Notes: generated by a model not told the origin, from the sequence alone. DNA of 64,000 nt from Paramoeba atlantica (GCA_977017575.1 CDRNVI010000151.1:62001-126000); one strand, 5' to 3'. Shown: positions 1 to 14,527, counted from the first letter of the stretch. Made by a program: numbers and translations.

Positions 1-336
1 TTTCTTTCTTTCTTTTCTTTCTTTTCTCTCTTTTCTCCCCTCTCTTCTCTTCTCTCTTCTACCTTCTCGTTTTTCTCTTTCTCCCCTTCTTTCTTCTTAC
101 TTTCCTTTTCAGACGAGATAGAAAAAATTGGAGAAAATAATGCAACACCAGAGATTAAATCTGATGACCCTCCTCCTCCTCCAGATCTCTCTTCTTTCTA
201 TCTCTCTCCTCTCTCTTATCTCTCTCCTTCTTCTGTTTCTCCTTCCTCTCCTTCTTCTCTTCCTTTTCCTTCTCGTCATCCTTTTCCGCTTTCACAACCC
301 CTTCTTTGTTCTCTTTTTCCTTCTCTTTTTGAGGAA

Positions 337-3300
337 GTGAAAGAAGAGAGAGAAGAGAGAGAGGGAGAAGAAAAAGAAAAGAGAGCAGAAAGAGAGAGAG
401 AAGAGAAGAGACAATATTCTTATTACAACATTTTTCGTGGGATTTTCACTTTCCTTTCAAAAAGAGAAAAGAGAGAAGAAGAAAGAGATGAAGAAGAGAA
501 AAGAGAAGAGAGAAGAAGAAAGATAAAAGAAATGGTGGATAAATGGTGGGAAATTGCCAAATTGTATCGAGAAATTGATCTTCATACAGTATCAGAGAAA
601 GAAAGAGAAAAAGAGAAAGAGAGAGAAAGAGAGAAGGAGAAAGAGAAGGAGAAGAAAGAGAAAGAGAAAGAGAATGAAAAAGAAAAAGAGAAAGAGAAAG
701 AGAAAGGAGAGGGGGAGAAAGAAGAAGGAGAGAAAGAAGAAAGGGGGATTACTTCTGGGAGACCAAAGAGAGAAGGAGTCCAATCGAAATATTCTTCTCT
801 CTCTTCTCTGTTTTCTCACAAAAGTAAGAAAGAGAAGGAGAAAGAGAAAGAAATAGAAAAAGAAAAGAGAAATGAAAAAGAAGAAAAAGAAAAAGAAAAA
901 GAAAAAGAAGAAGAAGAGTCAAAAAGAATTATCCTAAGATCAAAAAGATTATGGAGCCAAAGATATCGACCAAGAAGATGGGATCATGTTGTTGGTAATC
1001 ATCTTTCTGTTGATCGCTTGAGATCTTGGCTTTTGCAATGGTCTTCTTTTGTAGAAGGTTTTTTCTTCTTTTTTTTTTTTGAAAGATTAGTTTCTTTTTG
1101 GTTTTCTTTTTATTTTTTTTATTTTATTTATTTTATTTATTTTATTTATTTTATTTATTTTATTTATTTTTTTATTCATTTATTCATTACTTATTATTCA
1201 TTTTATTCAATTTTCAAAAGGAGGTACAAAAAATACTTTACCATTTGTAAAATGTTTCATTCTCATCGGCCCAAACGGTTCAGCCAAGTCCGCAACAATC
1301 TCCGCCTGTGCAGCCTCTTCTTCCTCTCCCTCTTCTTCTTCTCTCTCTCCCTCTCTCCTCCCTTCTTCTCCCCCTCTCCTCTCTCCCCCGCCCTTTCCTC
1401 TCTCCCCCCCACCATCTCCTTCCCTCTCTCTCAAAACAGACCCAAAACACAACCAACCTCCTTCCTCTCTCTCCTCCTCTCTCTCCTCCTCTCTCTCCTC
1501 ATCTTCTCTCTCCTCCTCCTCTCTCTCCTCCTCTTCTCTCTCTTCTTCCTCTCTCTCTTCTTCCTCTCTCTCTTCTTCCTCTCTCCTTCCCACAAAACAA
1601 GAAATGAGAGTATTAGAAGTGCACGCTGGGATGAACAGAAGTGGAAAATATTTGTTGACTCAAATCGTCGAGGCAACTCAGAGTAAGAAGATTGAAAGAT
1701 TATCTAATAGTGAAGAGAGTCCCTCTTCTTCTTCTTCTCTTTCTTCTTCTTCTTCTTCTTCTTCTTCTTCTTCTTCTTCCTCTCTTTCTTCTTCTTCTAC
1801 TGCTTCGCTTTCCTCTTCTTCGCTTTTGTCTTCTATTTCTGCTTCGAATCCTCTTTCTTCTGGGGATGGTTCTGAGAAAAAGGTTCTTTTCTTTTCTTTT
1901 TTTCCTTCTTTCTTTTCTTCTGTATGAATAATTTAATCTTTTTAGACTATTCGATTGAAGTTTATATTTCCATCTGATTCTTCCTCCTCCTCTTCTTCCT
2001 CCTCTTCTTCTTCCTCTTCTTCTTCCCCTTCTTCTTCCCTCTCCTCTTCCTCTTCACCTCCGATTCCTGAACCGCGGGGACCGAAACAAAAAACCCTCAA
2101 TTTTCTTCAGAAATCGAAACAGCCACAAGAACAACAACAACAACAAACACAACAACCACAAGGAAAAGGAAGACGAGCAAAGCAATCAAAACTCTTTCAA
2201 CAAGAACAACAATCACAACCATCACAACAATCACAACCAAAGAGAAATTCAACAAGAAAAGGGAAAACTTGTCAAATGACTCTCCAAACAAATCTAACAA
2301 ATTCACAATCTATTGAAGTTACAAGACCTGTTTCAAGTTCACAAAAAGAGAAAATAGAAAAAATTCCTTCTCAAAAGAGAAAGAGACAAAAACGAACCAC
2401 TTTAAAAGAAACCAAAATAGAAACAGAGCAAGAAAAAAAAGAAAAAGAAAGAAAAGAAAAAGAAGAAAAAGAAAAAGAAAAAGAAAAAGAAAAAGAAATC
2501 TTTGGAAACACAAAAGTTCGAGCAAAAAACAATCAAATTATTGTATTCGAAGAAATTGATATCTTTTGTCCTCGAACTGATCTCGGATTTTATCCTGCTC
2601 TTTCTTCTCTCATCTCATCTACCAAAAGTCCTTTGATATTGACTTGTAATCATGTAAGATTTCTTCTCCCTTTTCTCTTCTCTCTCTCTCTCTCTTCTCT
2701 CTTCTCTCTTCTCTCTTCTCTCTTCTCTCTTCTCTCTCTTCTCTTTGTTCTCTTCTCTTCTCTTCCTCTTCTAACCATTTTATCTCTCTCAGATAAACGG
2801 AGAAATCGAGAAACTCTTTGAAACAAAAGGATGTACTTCTCTCCAGTTTAAAAAACCTGATCTTTTTCATCTCTTTTCTCTTCTTGTTTCTGTTCTTCTT
2901 GTTGAGGTTTTTTATTTTTTTATTTATTTATTTTTTTATTTTTTTTATTTTTTTTATTTTTATTTTTTTTTATTTTTTTTTTATTTTTTTTATTTTTTAT
3001 TTTTTATTTATTTTTATTTCTTTTTATTCTTTTATTTTTCTTTTTTGGTTATTATTTGAATTTAATTTTCTCATTTTATTTCTCATTTTCCATTTATTCA
3101 TTTCTTTTTCTCCAGGGGAAAGTGGTATCATTTCAAGATCTCTTTCGAACAATCGTTTGGTATCGATCGAATCTCCAATCTCTTTTTCATTTAATTCAGG
3201 TTCAAAAAAGAGAAGAAGATAAGAAGAGAGAGACAGAGACAGAGAAAGAGACAGAGAAAGAGAGAGAGAAGATAATTTTGCTTTATTCTAAAAATAACAA

Positions 3301-4725
3301 AAAAAAAAAAAACAGTTTTGGACAGAAAATAACAAACAAACATTTTATCATCTCGCTTCTTCTTCTCTTTCTTCTCTCTCTCCCTCTCTCTCTCCCTCTC
3401 TCTCTCCTTCTCTCTCTCCTTCTCTCTCTTCTCCCTCTCTCTCTCTCTCCTCTCTCTCTTTTGATTGTGTAATTGGAGTGGGAGATTATACTTCTTCTTC
3501 TGGCGGGTTTTGGTCTCTTCTTCTCTCTTCTTTTCCCCATCTACTTTCTTTTTCTTCTCAAGAGGAGAGAGAAGAAGAAGAAGAAGAAGAAGAAGAAGAA
3601 GAAGAAGAGAGAGAGGGAGAGAAAGAAAGAGAGAAAAGAGAAAAGAGAGAGAGAAGAGAAGAAGAGAGAGAGAAGAGAAGAAGAAAGGAATTGGAGAAAG
3701 CTGTGGAGATTGTTTGGTGTGTTTATGGTTCTGATGTTTTTTTTGATAATTATTTGTTGTTGTTCTCTCCTCCTTATCTTCATCAGGTTTTTTTTTTCTT
3801 CTTATTTTTTGTTTTTATTTTTGTTTTTTATTTTGTTTTTTATTTTTGTTTTTTATTTTTATTTTTATTTTTATTTTTATTTTTATTTTTGTTTTTGTTT
3901 ATTCATGTATCTGGTTAATAGGGACTGTGGATCACCCCAAAACAACAACAACAAGTTCCCACTTCCCCAACATTTTCTTCTTTCACTTCTTCTCCAACTC
4001 TTTCCCCTCTCTCTTCTCCCTCTCCCTCTCCTCTCTCTTCCCCCTCTTCTCTCACACAACAAGCGAGAAATTCTTTGAAAGCAATAACAGAACTTGCAAA
4101 ACTTTCCAAATCTCTTTCTGATACTGATCTCTTCTACAAAGAAGAGAGAGAAGAGAGAGAAGAAGAAGAAGAAGGAGAAGGAGAATGGGGAGAGAGAGAA
4201 GAGAGAGAGAGAGAGGGAGGAGTTGTATCAGAGTTGGTTTCTTTGGTTGGAGTGAAGAGTTTCTTTCTTTCTTCGAAAGAGTTTCGGTCTCTTTCTAGAG
4301 AGGGAGAAAAGAAAGAGAGAGAAGATTTAATGAAAATAGAACAAAAAGAAGATTTTTCATTCTCTTCTTCTTCTTCTTCTTCTTCTTCTTCTCTCTCTTC
4401 TCCTCTCTCTTCTCTCTTCCCAAAATGGACACCCCACCCCCTCGATCATCCAACACAATTTCAAAGAAAAAAACACTCCCAACAAACAAAACAAACCCTC
4501 TTCTCTCTTCTCTCTCCCTCTCTCTCTCCCCTCTCTCTTCCTGTTTTCTCTTCTCTTTCTCTTTCTCTTTGCGAGATGGTGAAAGGGGGAGTGAGAGTTG
4601 GTTATGGAGCTGGGAAGAGAAGAGCAAGAAAGAAATCTTTTCTTCATCCTGATGTTTATGGTTGGGGGATTGATGAAGTTGGTTTAATGAAAATATCAAA
4701 GATTTCTTCTTTTAACAATATTTAA
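337..4725 (+). CDS. ATAD5: ATAD5/ELG1-like RFC-family AAA+ ATPase (PCNA unloader), multi-exon, probably 5'-partial
   Basis: LWSQRYRPRRWDHVVGN...LRSWL (~950-1035); Walker-A-like LIGPNGSAKS (~1262-1291); VLEVHAGMNRSGKYLLTQIVEATQS (1610-1685); IVFEEIDIF...GFYPALSSLISSTKSPLILTCN (~2540-2650). Exon limits and ends approximate. Confidence 0.75.
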
Positions 4726-4836
4726 ATAATTTGAAAAGAAAACAATTTTGGATATTCTTTTTTTATTATTTATTTAAATAAGAATAAATGAAAAGAAATT
4801 TTACATTCAAAAGAATATTTTTTTTTTTACTTTTTT

Positions 4837-7800
4837 TTAAATAAAACCATCATTTCTTTTGGTGAATTTAGGTTTTGTTTTGGGAGAAAGAGGAGTAGCT
4901 TGTAAAAGAGAATCATTTGTTTGTACTTCCCCCTCTCCCGACAACCACAAAGGATTTTCCTTTTCTTTTTCTTTTTCTTTTACTCTTTCTTTTTTTTGTG
5001 ATTTTGATCTTCGAGATTTAGGGTTTGTCCTTGTTCCTTTTGAGAGAAGAGACTTTGATTGTCCATAAATTGGTTCTGTTGATATTGTTGTTGTTGTTGA
5101 ATTTGGTTGTCTTTGATTTGGAGGAGAAGGAGTTGTTGGAGTTGAGGGTGTAATTATCGTTAGGGGTGGAGTTGTACTTTTTGTTGGAGGAGTTGGTGTT
5201 TGTGTAGATGTTTGTGTTGCTGTTGGAATTGTTGTAGAAAAAGAAGGAGAGTGAGTTTTCCATTTCGGAGAAGTTCTGTTTCTTTCAACTTCTTCCGTTG
5301 ATTGCTCTTGGTGTTGATTCCTCAAATAGAAAGAAGTAAGATTATCCAATCGAAAATCCGCCAAGTTAGGACGTTTTCCAGTTGGCTTAGTTTTTCGTTT
5401 CTTCTCCTCTTCATCCATTTGGGGGGCTTCTTCTCCTTTCAAAATTCTCATCTCTCGATGAATTTTGAGACAAACTTCTTCATCATCAACAAACAACATC
5501 AACTCATCAACTACCATATCGACTAGATCAGCACCAAGAATATGATTTTCGGCAAATGGTTCAACCCATTTCGTTCCAGCAACTTGACCAACCCAATTAC
5601 AAACCTCACCCACAGACCAAGTGGATGGATCTTCTTGAGCAACTTGGGAAAGTCGTCGAATTCGACTTCGTTCTCGAAGTTGTTTTAAACCAACACTGAC
5701 ACTCTCTGTTGCTTCCCAAACATTCGAAACATTTGGATTTGGAGATCGAGGACCTTTCGTTCCTACAACTTGGCGACTTGGAGATCGGGGAGCAGGGCGG
5801 GAGTGAATGGTTGATCTTCTTGGGGAGATTGATGCTGCGACTGGGGCTGATTGTGAGTGTGAGGGAGAAGAAAAAGGAGATGAAGATGGCGATGGCGATG
5901 GAAAAGGTGGTGAAAGTGATGGTGCGGGTGTCGATGAAGATGTTGGTGTTGATGAAGACAAACTGAATGAAGATGAAATTGATGAAGATGAAGAAGATGA
6001 GGGGGGAGAAGAAGAAGACAATGGTGGTGTTAATGTTAAAGGTGAGGGAGATAAAGATGATGCAGAAGAGGCAGACGGTCTGGATTTGACTGTGGATGAA
6101 GTAGTCGGAGAGAGAGAAAGAGAAGAAGAGGGAATAGAGGAAGCTGAGGGTAAAGAAGAGCAAGAAGAAGAAAAAGAATTTGATAAAGATAAAGCGGAAC
6201 TCTCAGGAGAATGGGAAGTACACAAAAAAATATCGTCACAAGAGAAAGACTCGCTCGTCCCGATTGCTGCTGAACGTTTTTCAAACTCAGAAATCCTTTT
6301 CTTTGCTTCAGCCAACTTTGCTTCAAGTTCATCCACCTGAGCAAGCAATATTTTTTCTCTTTCCTCATGATCTTTTTCACGGAGCAAAAAACGTTTTTCT
6401 TCTTGAATTAACTCAGCGATTACCATTTCAGGATCTTTTGAATCCACTCGCCTTGACCACAAAGACAACTCTTTTTCTGAAAAAACAGGACACGAATAGA
6501 TCAAAGCAATAATGGCTGGGTTGGGTTGGAGATTGGAAAAAGATCCCTTCTGACAAAAAGAAATATCAAAGATAATATCTGCAAGCCGAATCCGCTTCGA
6601 AAAATTGACTAAATGTCCAATCTTATCAGGATTCCCATCATTCAAAAAGAGAAGATCTTTCTGATACATCCCCAAATACGGAATACAAGGCGGGATAACA
6701 CCATCCATTATCTCCCTCAAATTTTTGAAATTCCTCTCAAAAGTTAACTTCATTTCAAGATCTTTCAAAATGGCCATGACCTCAGGAGAAACTTCTTTCA
6801 AAGTTTTGGTCATACGAGCGATAAAAGAAGCAGTAACCCCAGACAAAATCGCCTTGACACATTGAAAATTTTGTTGGTTATAAAGAAGCTGAGCAATCTC
6901 CACCATCTTTTCAATAATTTCCACACGATCCTTCAAACGCGCCTTTGTAACGATTTCTCGCGAGGCCCAACTCGACAATCGATTAAACAAATCAACCAAC
7001 TCCGAAATATTCTCAAACTCTTCCAAAGCTTGTTTTCCTTTCAACCACGCAAAGTGCTCATGTTCCCTCAATTTCTTAAAAATCGAAAAAGCATAACAAG
7101 TCAAAGTATCAGAGATTTCAGAAGCACTCAAATCCGCGAAATCGAGACAACCCCCTCCCTCAATCCCCTCTCCCCCCTTCCAATGATTTGTGACATTCTC
7201 CAAACCAAGTTGAGAAAACCAAATCCTTGCACTGTTCACTTCATCTGAAAGTTGACGAAAATGGGTTCGATGTTGAGCGGAGGGGCTCGATTCAAGATAT
7301 ACTAAAAAGGGCTGAAATTCTTTGACTGCTTCTTCTTTGCTCTCTCCCCAATCTCTATCATAATGTGACATCCACCAATCAGAAAAGAGTTCAACAATTA
7401 ATGTCGAGATTTGGGGGTTTGTTTCATCACGGTAGCGAGAACAGAGTGTTTGAACAAGTTCTTTGGGAGTTGAAAAAGTTCTGAGGGTCAAAAAGAATAC
7501 TCGACGGAATTTTGGGTTCCCTTGTGATGGATGTAACAAAACATCAAGCAAACAAGAAAGAGAAGCAGCTTTAATCTCCGGAATCTTTTGACTTCGAAGT
7601 GATTCTTCATCTTCATTCAAATGACTTCTCAATCCAGCAAGAGAAGAAGGGTCAACTCCTTTAACAATAGGTCCTTTTTTTCGTTGTTGTTGTTGTAGTT
7701 GTTGTAGTTGTTGTTGTTGTTGGGGATCGGGGAGTTGGGAATATTGAATGTCTGCTCCTACTTTAACCATGGATTTGTTTGAAGATCCTGTTCCAACAAA

Positions 7801-8613
7801 GTCCAGAAATCCCATTGCATTTTGGTGTTGGCGTGGTTCTTCAGCAGGTGGAACTACGAAATAAAATGATTTATGGAAATTGAAAAAATGGATTTTTATG
7901 TGGAAATATAGATATATATATATTGTTTGGGATTTAAAAGAGAAGAGAAGAAGAGAAGAAAGGAAACCTTGATCGAGAAAGTTCAGAAAACCAACAGCAT
8001 TTCCTGTTTGACTGGATTGGGTTGAAGAAGGAAGATCTTAAAAAAGGAAAGAAAGAGATGAGAAAAAAGAAAGAAAGAAAAAGAAAGAAAAAGAAAGAAA
8101 AGAAAAAAAAGAAAGAAAAGAAAAAAAACAAAAAAAACCTTGAAATTCAGTTCCATCAAGAGGAGGAGACAAAAATTCTGAAGCAAGAGCAGAAGAAGAG
8201 ACAGGTGATCTCCGTCTTTCAGGAGGGGAAGTACAAGCGTAAGGGGAAGAAAAAGTGGCAGATGGTTGAGTTTTGGGGGGAGAATTAGAAGAAGAAGAAT
8301 GAGAAAAAGAAGAAGAAGGAGGAGGAGAAGGAGAAGAAGAAGAAGGAGAAAATGGAGAAAAAAGTGTTTTTTCAAAATCAAATTTCTCAGAATTCAAGAA
8401 ATTATTTTTCGAAATTCTTTCATTTCTTTTCTCGCTCTTTCCACTCGAAAAGGTTCGAACTCTCTTTGTTTGAACAGAAACCATTCCTGGAGGGAGAGAT
8501 TGTCTTATTTGTTGTTGTTCTTGTTCTTGTTGTTCTAGTTGGACCTGCTTGTTGTGTAGGATTGTTGCTGCTGGGGCTGTTGTTGTTGCCTCGAGCCCTC
8601 GAGGGTTTCTCAC
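4837..8613 (-). CDS. RasGEF (REM + CDC25 domains) with coiled coil, Ser/Pro-rich linker and SAM-like domain; paralog 1
   Basis: ORF 4837-7815: FRRVFFLTLRTFSTPKEL (REM), FNRLSSWASREIV, QNFQCVKAILSG, PCIPYLGMYQKDLLFLNDGNPD, VNFSKR (CDC25), WSVGEVCNWV (SAM). Small upstream exons with GT/AG at about 7960-8030 and 8140-8613; true start uncertain. Confidence 0.9.
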
Positions 8614-9133
8614 TCTGAGGTTTCGTTCGCAAACACTAAAAAGAAAGAGAAAGTTTAGAAAGAAAGAGGGAGAGAGAGAAAGAAAGAAAGAAAGAGAAAA
8701 GAGAGAGAAAGTTGAAGAACCGACTCATCACGAAAAACGGCCGAGCGAAAAAGGAGAAAAAGTCCCAAAATCAAAGAGGGAAAGGAGGAAAAATCTGAGA
8801 TTCCTTAAAAAAAAAAGACAGTAAAATAAAACTTTTTTCCCTTTTTCAGATGTGTAAATCAACTTTAAATGGTCGCTCTATTTTTTTTTAATGAATTTTG
8901 CTGAAAATGATTTCTTCAACAAAATTTCTTTTTGACAGTTTTTCATCGTTTTTTTTTTTTCCTCTTTTTCCTCTCCTCTTGTCTTTCTTGTCAACTCAGT
9001 TGTCTTTCTTTTTGTTTTGTTGTCTTAATTAAAACTTCCAAGAGTTTCAAACAATTCAACAACATTCCCATTTCCCACTCATCTCTTTTTCAATCCATCA
9101 CCCCATTCACTTTTGTCTTGATTTTGAAGAAAC

Positions 9134-12100
9134 ATGGCAGCTTCGTCTTCCTCTTCTTCTTCCTCTTCCTCTTCTTCTTCCTCTTCCTCTTCTTCCTCCA
9201 ATGGACGATCCTCTGAATTGTGTGTGAATCAGTATGAAGATGAAATTGTCGATTATGTTATGGTATCCTTCTCTCTCTCTCTTTTCTCTCTCTCTTCTCT
9301 CTCTTCTCTCTCCTTTTCATTTCTCATCTTTTCAAAACTCTGGTTTTTTTTATCTTTAATTTTATTTTATTTTCTAAAAATGTGAAACAACAGGATCATG
9401 ATGTTACAATCATCCATGGTGATACAGGATGTGGAAAATCAACTCAGATCCCCCAAGTTTTACTCTTTTGTTTCTCATTTTGTTGGTTTTCTTTTTTAAA
9501 AATCTCTTTTTTTTTTTTCTTTTCAAGATTCTCTATCGAAGACTGTGCCAGAAGAAAGGAGAATCAGGTTCTTTTCGAAAATGATCACAATAGAATTTTG
9601 AAAGGAAAAAAAGGAAAAAGGAAAAAAGGAAAAAAAGAAAAAAGGAGAAAAGGAAAAAGAAAAAAGGAAAAAGGAAAAAAGAAAAAAGAAAAGAAGAAAA
9701 GAAAAAAGGAGAAACGGAAAGGAAAAAGGAAAAAAGGAGAAAAGGAGAAAAAAAAAAGAAAAAAAGAAAAGAACATTTCAAATTCAAAAAACAATTTTTC
9801 AGTGTTAATCTCAATCCCAAGACGCGTGGCCGTTGTATCATTAGCTTGCCGTGTTGCATTTGAGATGCACTCCGAAGTTGGAGATCATGTTGGCTATGAA
9901 ATTGGCCAACAGGTTCATTTTTTTTTTATTTTATTTTTTTGAATTCTCTCTTTTCTTTCTCTCTTTTCTTTTCTCTTTTTTTTTTCTCCCTTCTTTTCTC
10001 TCTTTTCTCCTTTCACACACACACATTTGACTTTTTTGAATAATCCTTTTCTTTTTGTTGTTGTTGGAAAAAACAGTCTGTGTCAACATCAAACACCCAA
10101 GTTCTCTTTTCGACAACTGGAGCGGTATTAGAACGATTACGAATGGTTGGAGAAGATTTCTTACTCAAGTACAGAATTCTTATCTTTGATGAAGCACATG
10201 AAAGAAGTGTGGAGTCTGATATTTTGATGCTTTTTGTTCGGCAACTTTATTCGAAATGCAGTTCTCTTAAAGAAAGGGAATTTAGAATTGTTTTGATGTC
10301 TGCGACCGCAGATTATAAGCGATATCGACAATTCTTTGAACATGAAGGGCTGAGTGTTAAAGATTTTGCAATCTCTCTTCCACCATCTCATCATGTCGAG
10401 TCTTTCTTTCTTGACCACCTCCCAGATTTCATCACCGAAAAGACATCAAACAGACCAAAACTGGAAAAAAAAGTCAAAGAATTCAAAGAAACAAACGAAA
10501 AAATGATCAAGTTGATGAAACAACACATCGAGATCCCAAACCCCTCCATCCCGCTCGAACCGCCAAGACCAAGATTGTTCAGCTACCCATTTTGGAAATA
10601 CATTTGCCAATTCATCGATTTGATACACAGAGCTGATCCAAATCGAAGAAATTGGATTTTGGTTTTCTTGCCCACTTTCAGGACCATTTCAATTTTGATG
10701 GACCAATTGAGGAAGCATGTGGCTGCGAATCAGTGGTCTGGTCAGGTTCAGCTTGTTACCATTCATGGTATGATTGATTTTCGGGAGGATTTGAAGTTGA
10801 TTGAGGCTGAGAAGAGTAAGAGGTGTTTTTTTTTTTTTTTTTTTTTGTTTTTTTTTTTTTTTTGTTTTTTTGTTTTTTTTTTGTTTTTTTTTTTGTTTTT
10901 TTTTTTTTTTTTGTTGATTTTGTTTGTTTTTTTTTTTTTCTTTCTTTTTTTTTTGGGTTTGAGGAGGGGGAGAATTCTCTTTTCTCTTCTCTTCTCTTCT
11001 CTTCTCTTCTTTTCTCTTCTTTTCTCTTCTTTTCTTCTCTTCTTTCCTTCTCTTCTTTCCAATTTTCTCACCCCATTTTGTAGAAATATTATTTTGGCAA
11101 CAAATATCGCTGAAACCTCACTTACGATCTCTGGATTAAAATATGTTATTGACCCTTGTCTCTATATTCAAGTTCCTTTTCTTTCTCATTTTTTTATAAA
11201 AATATTTCATTTTATATTGAATAAACAGTAATAATAAAATAATTAATTAAAGAAAAAAAAAATATTATTTAATTATTGTCTCACAGAGTGAATGGACCAG
11301 AGAAACTAGAGAATTAAAATTTCCGTTAAGTTGGATTTCGAAAACTCAGTTAGTTCAAAGGTTTAATTTTTTTTTTATTTTGAATAATATTTTATTTTTG
11401 AGTAATCTTTTATTTTCTTCAAAATGAATCGAAAGAAAAAAAAATAAAATAAAAAAACTTTGGAGCGAAAAATATAAAAAGAGATTCATTTTAATTGTTC
11501 AACAATCTTGAATTAATAAATAAATAAATAAATAATAAATAAATAAATAAATAAAAAAATGATTCATTCAAATTCATTCTTTTATCTTTTACAGAAAAGG
11601 AAGAACTGGCCGAACTTGTAATGGATATGCATTTCACATGGTTCCACACGATTTATATGATCATTTTCGCCATTATGAAGTTCCAGCAATTAAAAATTCT
11701 TCTCTTGAAATCGAAGTTTGTTTTCTGTTTTTTTCTATTTTTTTGTAAATGATTTTTTTTTTCAGAAATTTTTCTCTTCATTTATTTTTTTTTTGTTCAG
11801 AATACAACTCAAAACTAACTCAAAACTCTTTCTTTTCTTTTCTTTTTTTTTTAAAAAAAAAGGTGCTCCACACAATTGCTTCAAAATCAGCTTTACTCCA
11901 ATCCCCAGATCTTCTCCACGAAGCAATGGATTTCCCCGCTCGCGAAACCATCGCAGCCGCAATCGCAACACTCTTCTCTCTCGGACTTATCAAGGACTCA
12001 AAAAAGACAAAATCGAGATTTCAATGTACTTTAAAAGGGTCTCTGATTTCCTCTCTCCCTTTAAGTATTGAGCAAGGACTCGCCATTTTAGTGGGGGGGC

Positions 12101-13964
12101 AATTGGGCATGTTGAAGGAAGCAGCTATCATTGCTGCTCTTGGTAATCACAAATCGAGTGTAATTTCTGTTGATATCTGTGCCCCAACATCCGAGCAAGA
12201 GAAACTTTTCGAAAAATATGGGTTTGAGAAGGAGAGGCTTCCTCCCTCTTTAAACACAAATCCATACGTTATTGCTAGTCTTCACGCTTATCTTTATTGG
12301 GACTCTTGTTGGAATCGATCAAGTGCGACACGAATGCCTCATTCTCTGAGTTCTATTTCTGAACAGTGGGGTATCCCTCCAGAAGAGGAAAAATGGTGTC
12401 GTGAACATCATTTGAGTGCACATATTCTTGGGGAGGTGCGATCAGTTGTCCACACAATATTAAGTATTCTCTCTCGATATCACTTTCGATTTGATACATT
12501 GAAAGTTGACAAGGATTCTTCTCTTCTTTCAAAGAACGAGAATTCTTATCCAACCTTCGGCAGGATTACTCCTGGGTTAAAAGAAGTACACATATGCAGA
12601 CTTCTTCAAGATGATCTTGAATCAAGTCTCCCAATTGCTGAATTTAGTTGCCCCATTTGCCTCAACCCATTTTTCCGTTCTACTCCTTGTTCTCTCCTTC
12701 CTTGTCAACATTACTTTTGTTCTTCTTGCATCACGAGCTGTGCGGAAGTGTCACCAGTTTGCCCAATATGCCAAGCAGAGTTACCTCCATCTATCACCGA
12801 AATCTCTCCACTGATCATACTTAAAGCAAAATTCGACGAGATCTTGAGCGTTCAAGGGAAATCAAAATTGTCAGTTTGTAAGAAAGAGTTTTATGCTAAT
12901 TTAAAGGCTTTCTTTACAAATATGAATCTGGATAAAATCGGTTTGATTTTGTGTGTTCCTGATTATGTACGGGAAAAGTTGATCTCATCAACCTCAGTTC
13001 TCCCAAAAAAACCTGCTCCATTTCTTTCGCTCCCCTTGAATTCATTTCCTTCTCTACCTCCAGATCCCTCTCCTTCTCCCTCTCCTTCTCCCTCTCCTTC
13101 TCCTTCTCCTTCTCCCTCTCCTTCTCCTTCTCCTTCTCCTTCTCCTTCTCCTTCTCCTTCTCCTTCTCCTTCTCCTTCTCCTTCTAAATTTGCTCCTTCC
13201 GACATCTTAGGTCAAATGTTGAATATTTCATTTGCTGACATTACTATTATTAAGCCAACGTGCACTTTACATTTGAGGGGGAAATGTACTCGAGGTGCTA
13301 TGTGCAACTTTTCTCATAACCTTGAAGGTTTTTCTTCAGACACCCCCTCTTCTTCACACACCGTCGGATCAGTTCTTTCTTTTGTGGACCCAATTTCCCC
13401 AACAATTATGCCCATGCCAGAAGATCCCATTGAGTACTCAAAATATAATCATATTTTGGTATTAGATGAACCAAATCTCGCTTGGTCAAATATAATTCTC
13501 CACAAAAAGAGCAAAGATTGTCACATTTTCGTCAATCCTCAAGAGAGTCTTTACCAATTACGATCTCTTGAAGTGGATTATATTTACACAAGAAAGGAAT
13601 TGGAAGAACAAGGACATGTTGTTATCTCAAAACCATTTGATTTTAGCAATCCCTCCACCGAGTTTTGGAACTCTCTACTCAAGCATTGGGGAGAAAAGAC
13701 AGAAATTGATTGCGAGGAAAATTGGGCTGATATTTTAGAGAAACAAGAACAAGGAAAAAGAGTTGGTATTATGCTCAGTTTTCCCTATGTTCCTCATACT
13801 GTTTTAACATCTTGGGAAAATTCGAGATTAATTGCCCATTTCTTTCTTCTTTGTCAAAAAGTGATTCGGTTTTTTCCTGAGATTCGAGATGTGGATGTTC
13901 ATGTTACTCTTCATTCTGATCAATTTTATCTTTGGAATGTTGCTCGAACTGCTGAGGTTTTTTT

Positions 13965-13995
<31 letters not shown>

Positions 13996-14247
13996 GTTTT
14001 TATTTTTGTTTTTTTTTCTCTTATTTTGAAATCGTCTTCTTTTTTAAAGAAAACAAAATTCGTTTTTTTGTTGTTTTTCTTCTTTTTTTTTGTGACTAAT
14101 CAAAGATTCTCTTTCCTTTGCCAGGCATATGGTTTTGAGTTAGATTCAATTCATCGTTTTGATGCAATTGATCCAAAATACAGGCTCAAAGCTCGGAATG
14201 TTGATGCTACAACTTGTAAAACCTTTTCTTTTCGACGGTGGCATTAA
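9134..14247 (+). CDS. DEAH-box RNA helicase with RING finger, CCCH finger and C-terminal Rossmann-like (DUF2431-like) region; multi-exon
   Basis: GDTGCGKSTQIPQ, PRRVAVVSLA, IFDEAHERS, LMSAT, LVFLPT, ILATNIAETSLTI, QRKGRTGR (split by an intron); RING CPICLNPFFRSTPCSLLPCQHYFCSSC...CPIC; CCCH CTLHLRGKCTRGAMCNFSH; VHVTLHSDQFYLWNVARTAE. Confidence 0.85.
13068..13184 (+). repeat. (TCTCCT/TCTCCC)n microsatellite encoding a (Ser-Pro)n linker in the helicase
   Basis: About 19-20 near-perfect hexamers, in frame, translating to PSPSPS... between the RING and CCCH domains. Confidence 0.9.
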
Positions 14248-14527
14248 CCTTCTTAACTTTTTTTTTGTTTTTTTTTGAAAGAGAAATTGATATTTTTTTC
14301 TTTTCAAATATGATTTTAAACCAACTTGAAACAACCCTTGTCCAAATCTTTTCGAGATCAAAACAAGTTTTGATTCTTTGTTCTTTTTCTTTTCTTGAAA
14401 AAGGGAAACTTTTTTTCTTAAAAAACTCATTTTCTCATTTTCTTGAGAGAACCATAATATAATGATTTATTGTCATAAATAATAAAAAAGATTCAATTTT
14501 TAAAAAATGAACAAAGTTGTTTGAAAA

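Noticed and set aside
13068-13184. (TCTCCT)n as a telomere-like or structural repeat
   Set aside because: It is in frame inside an exon and encodes an ordinary Ser-Pro linker.
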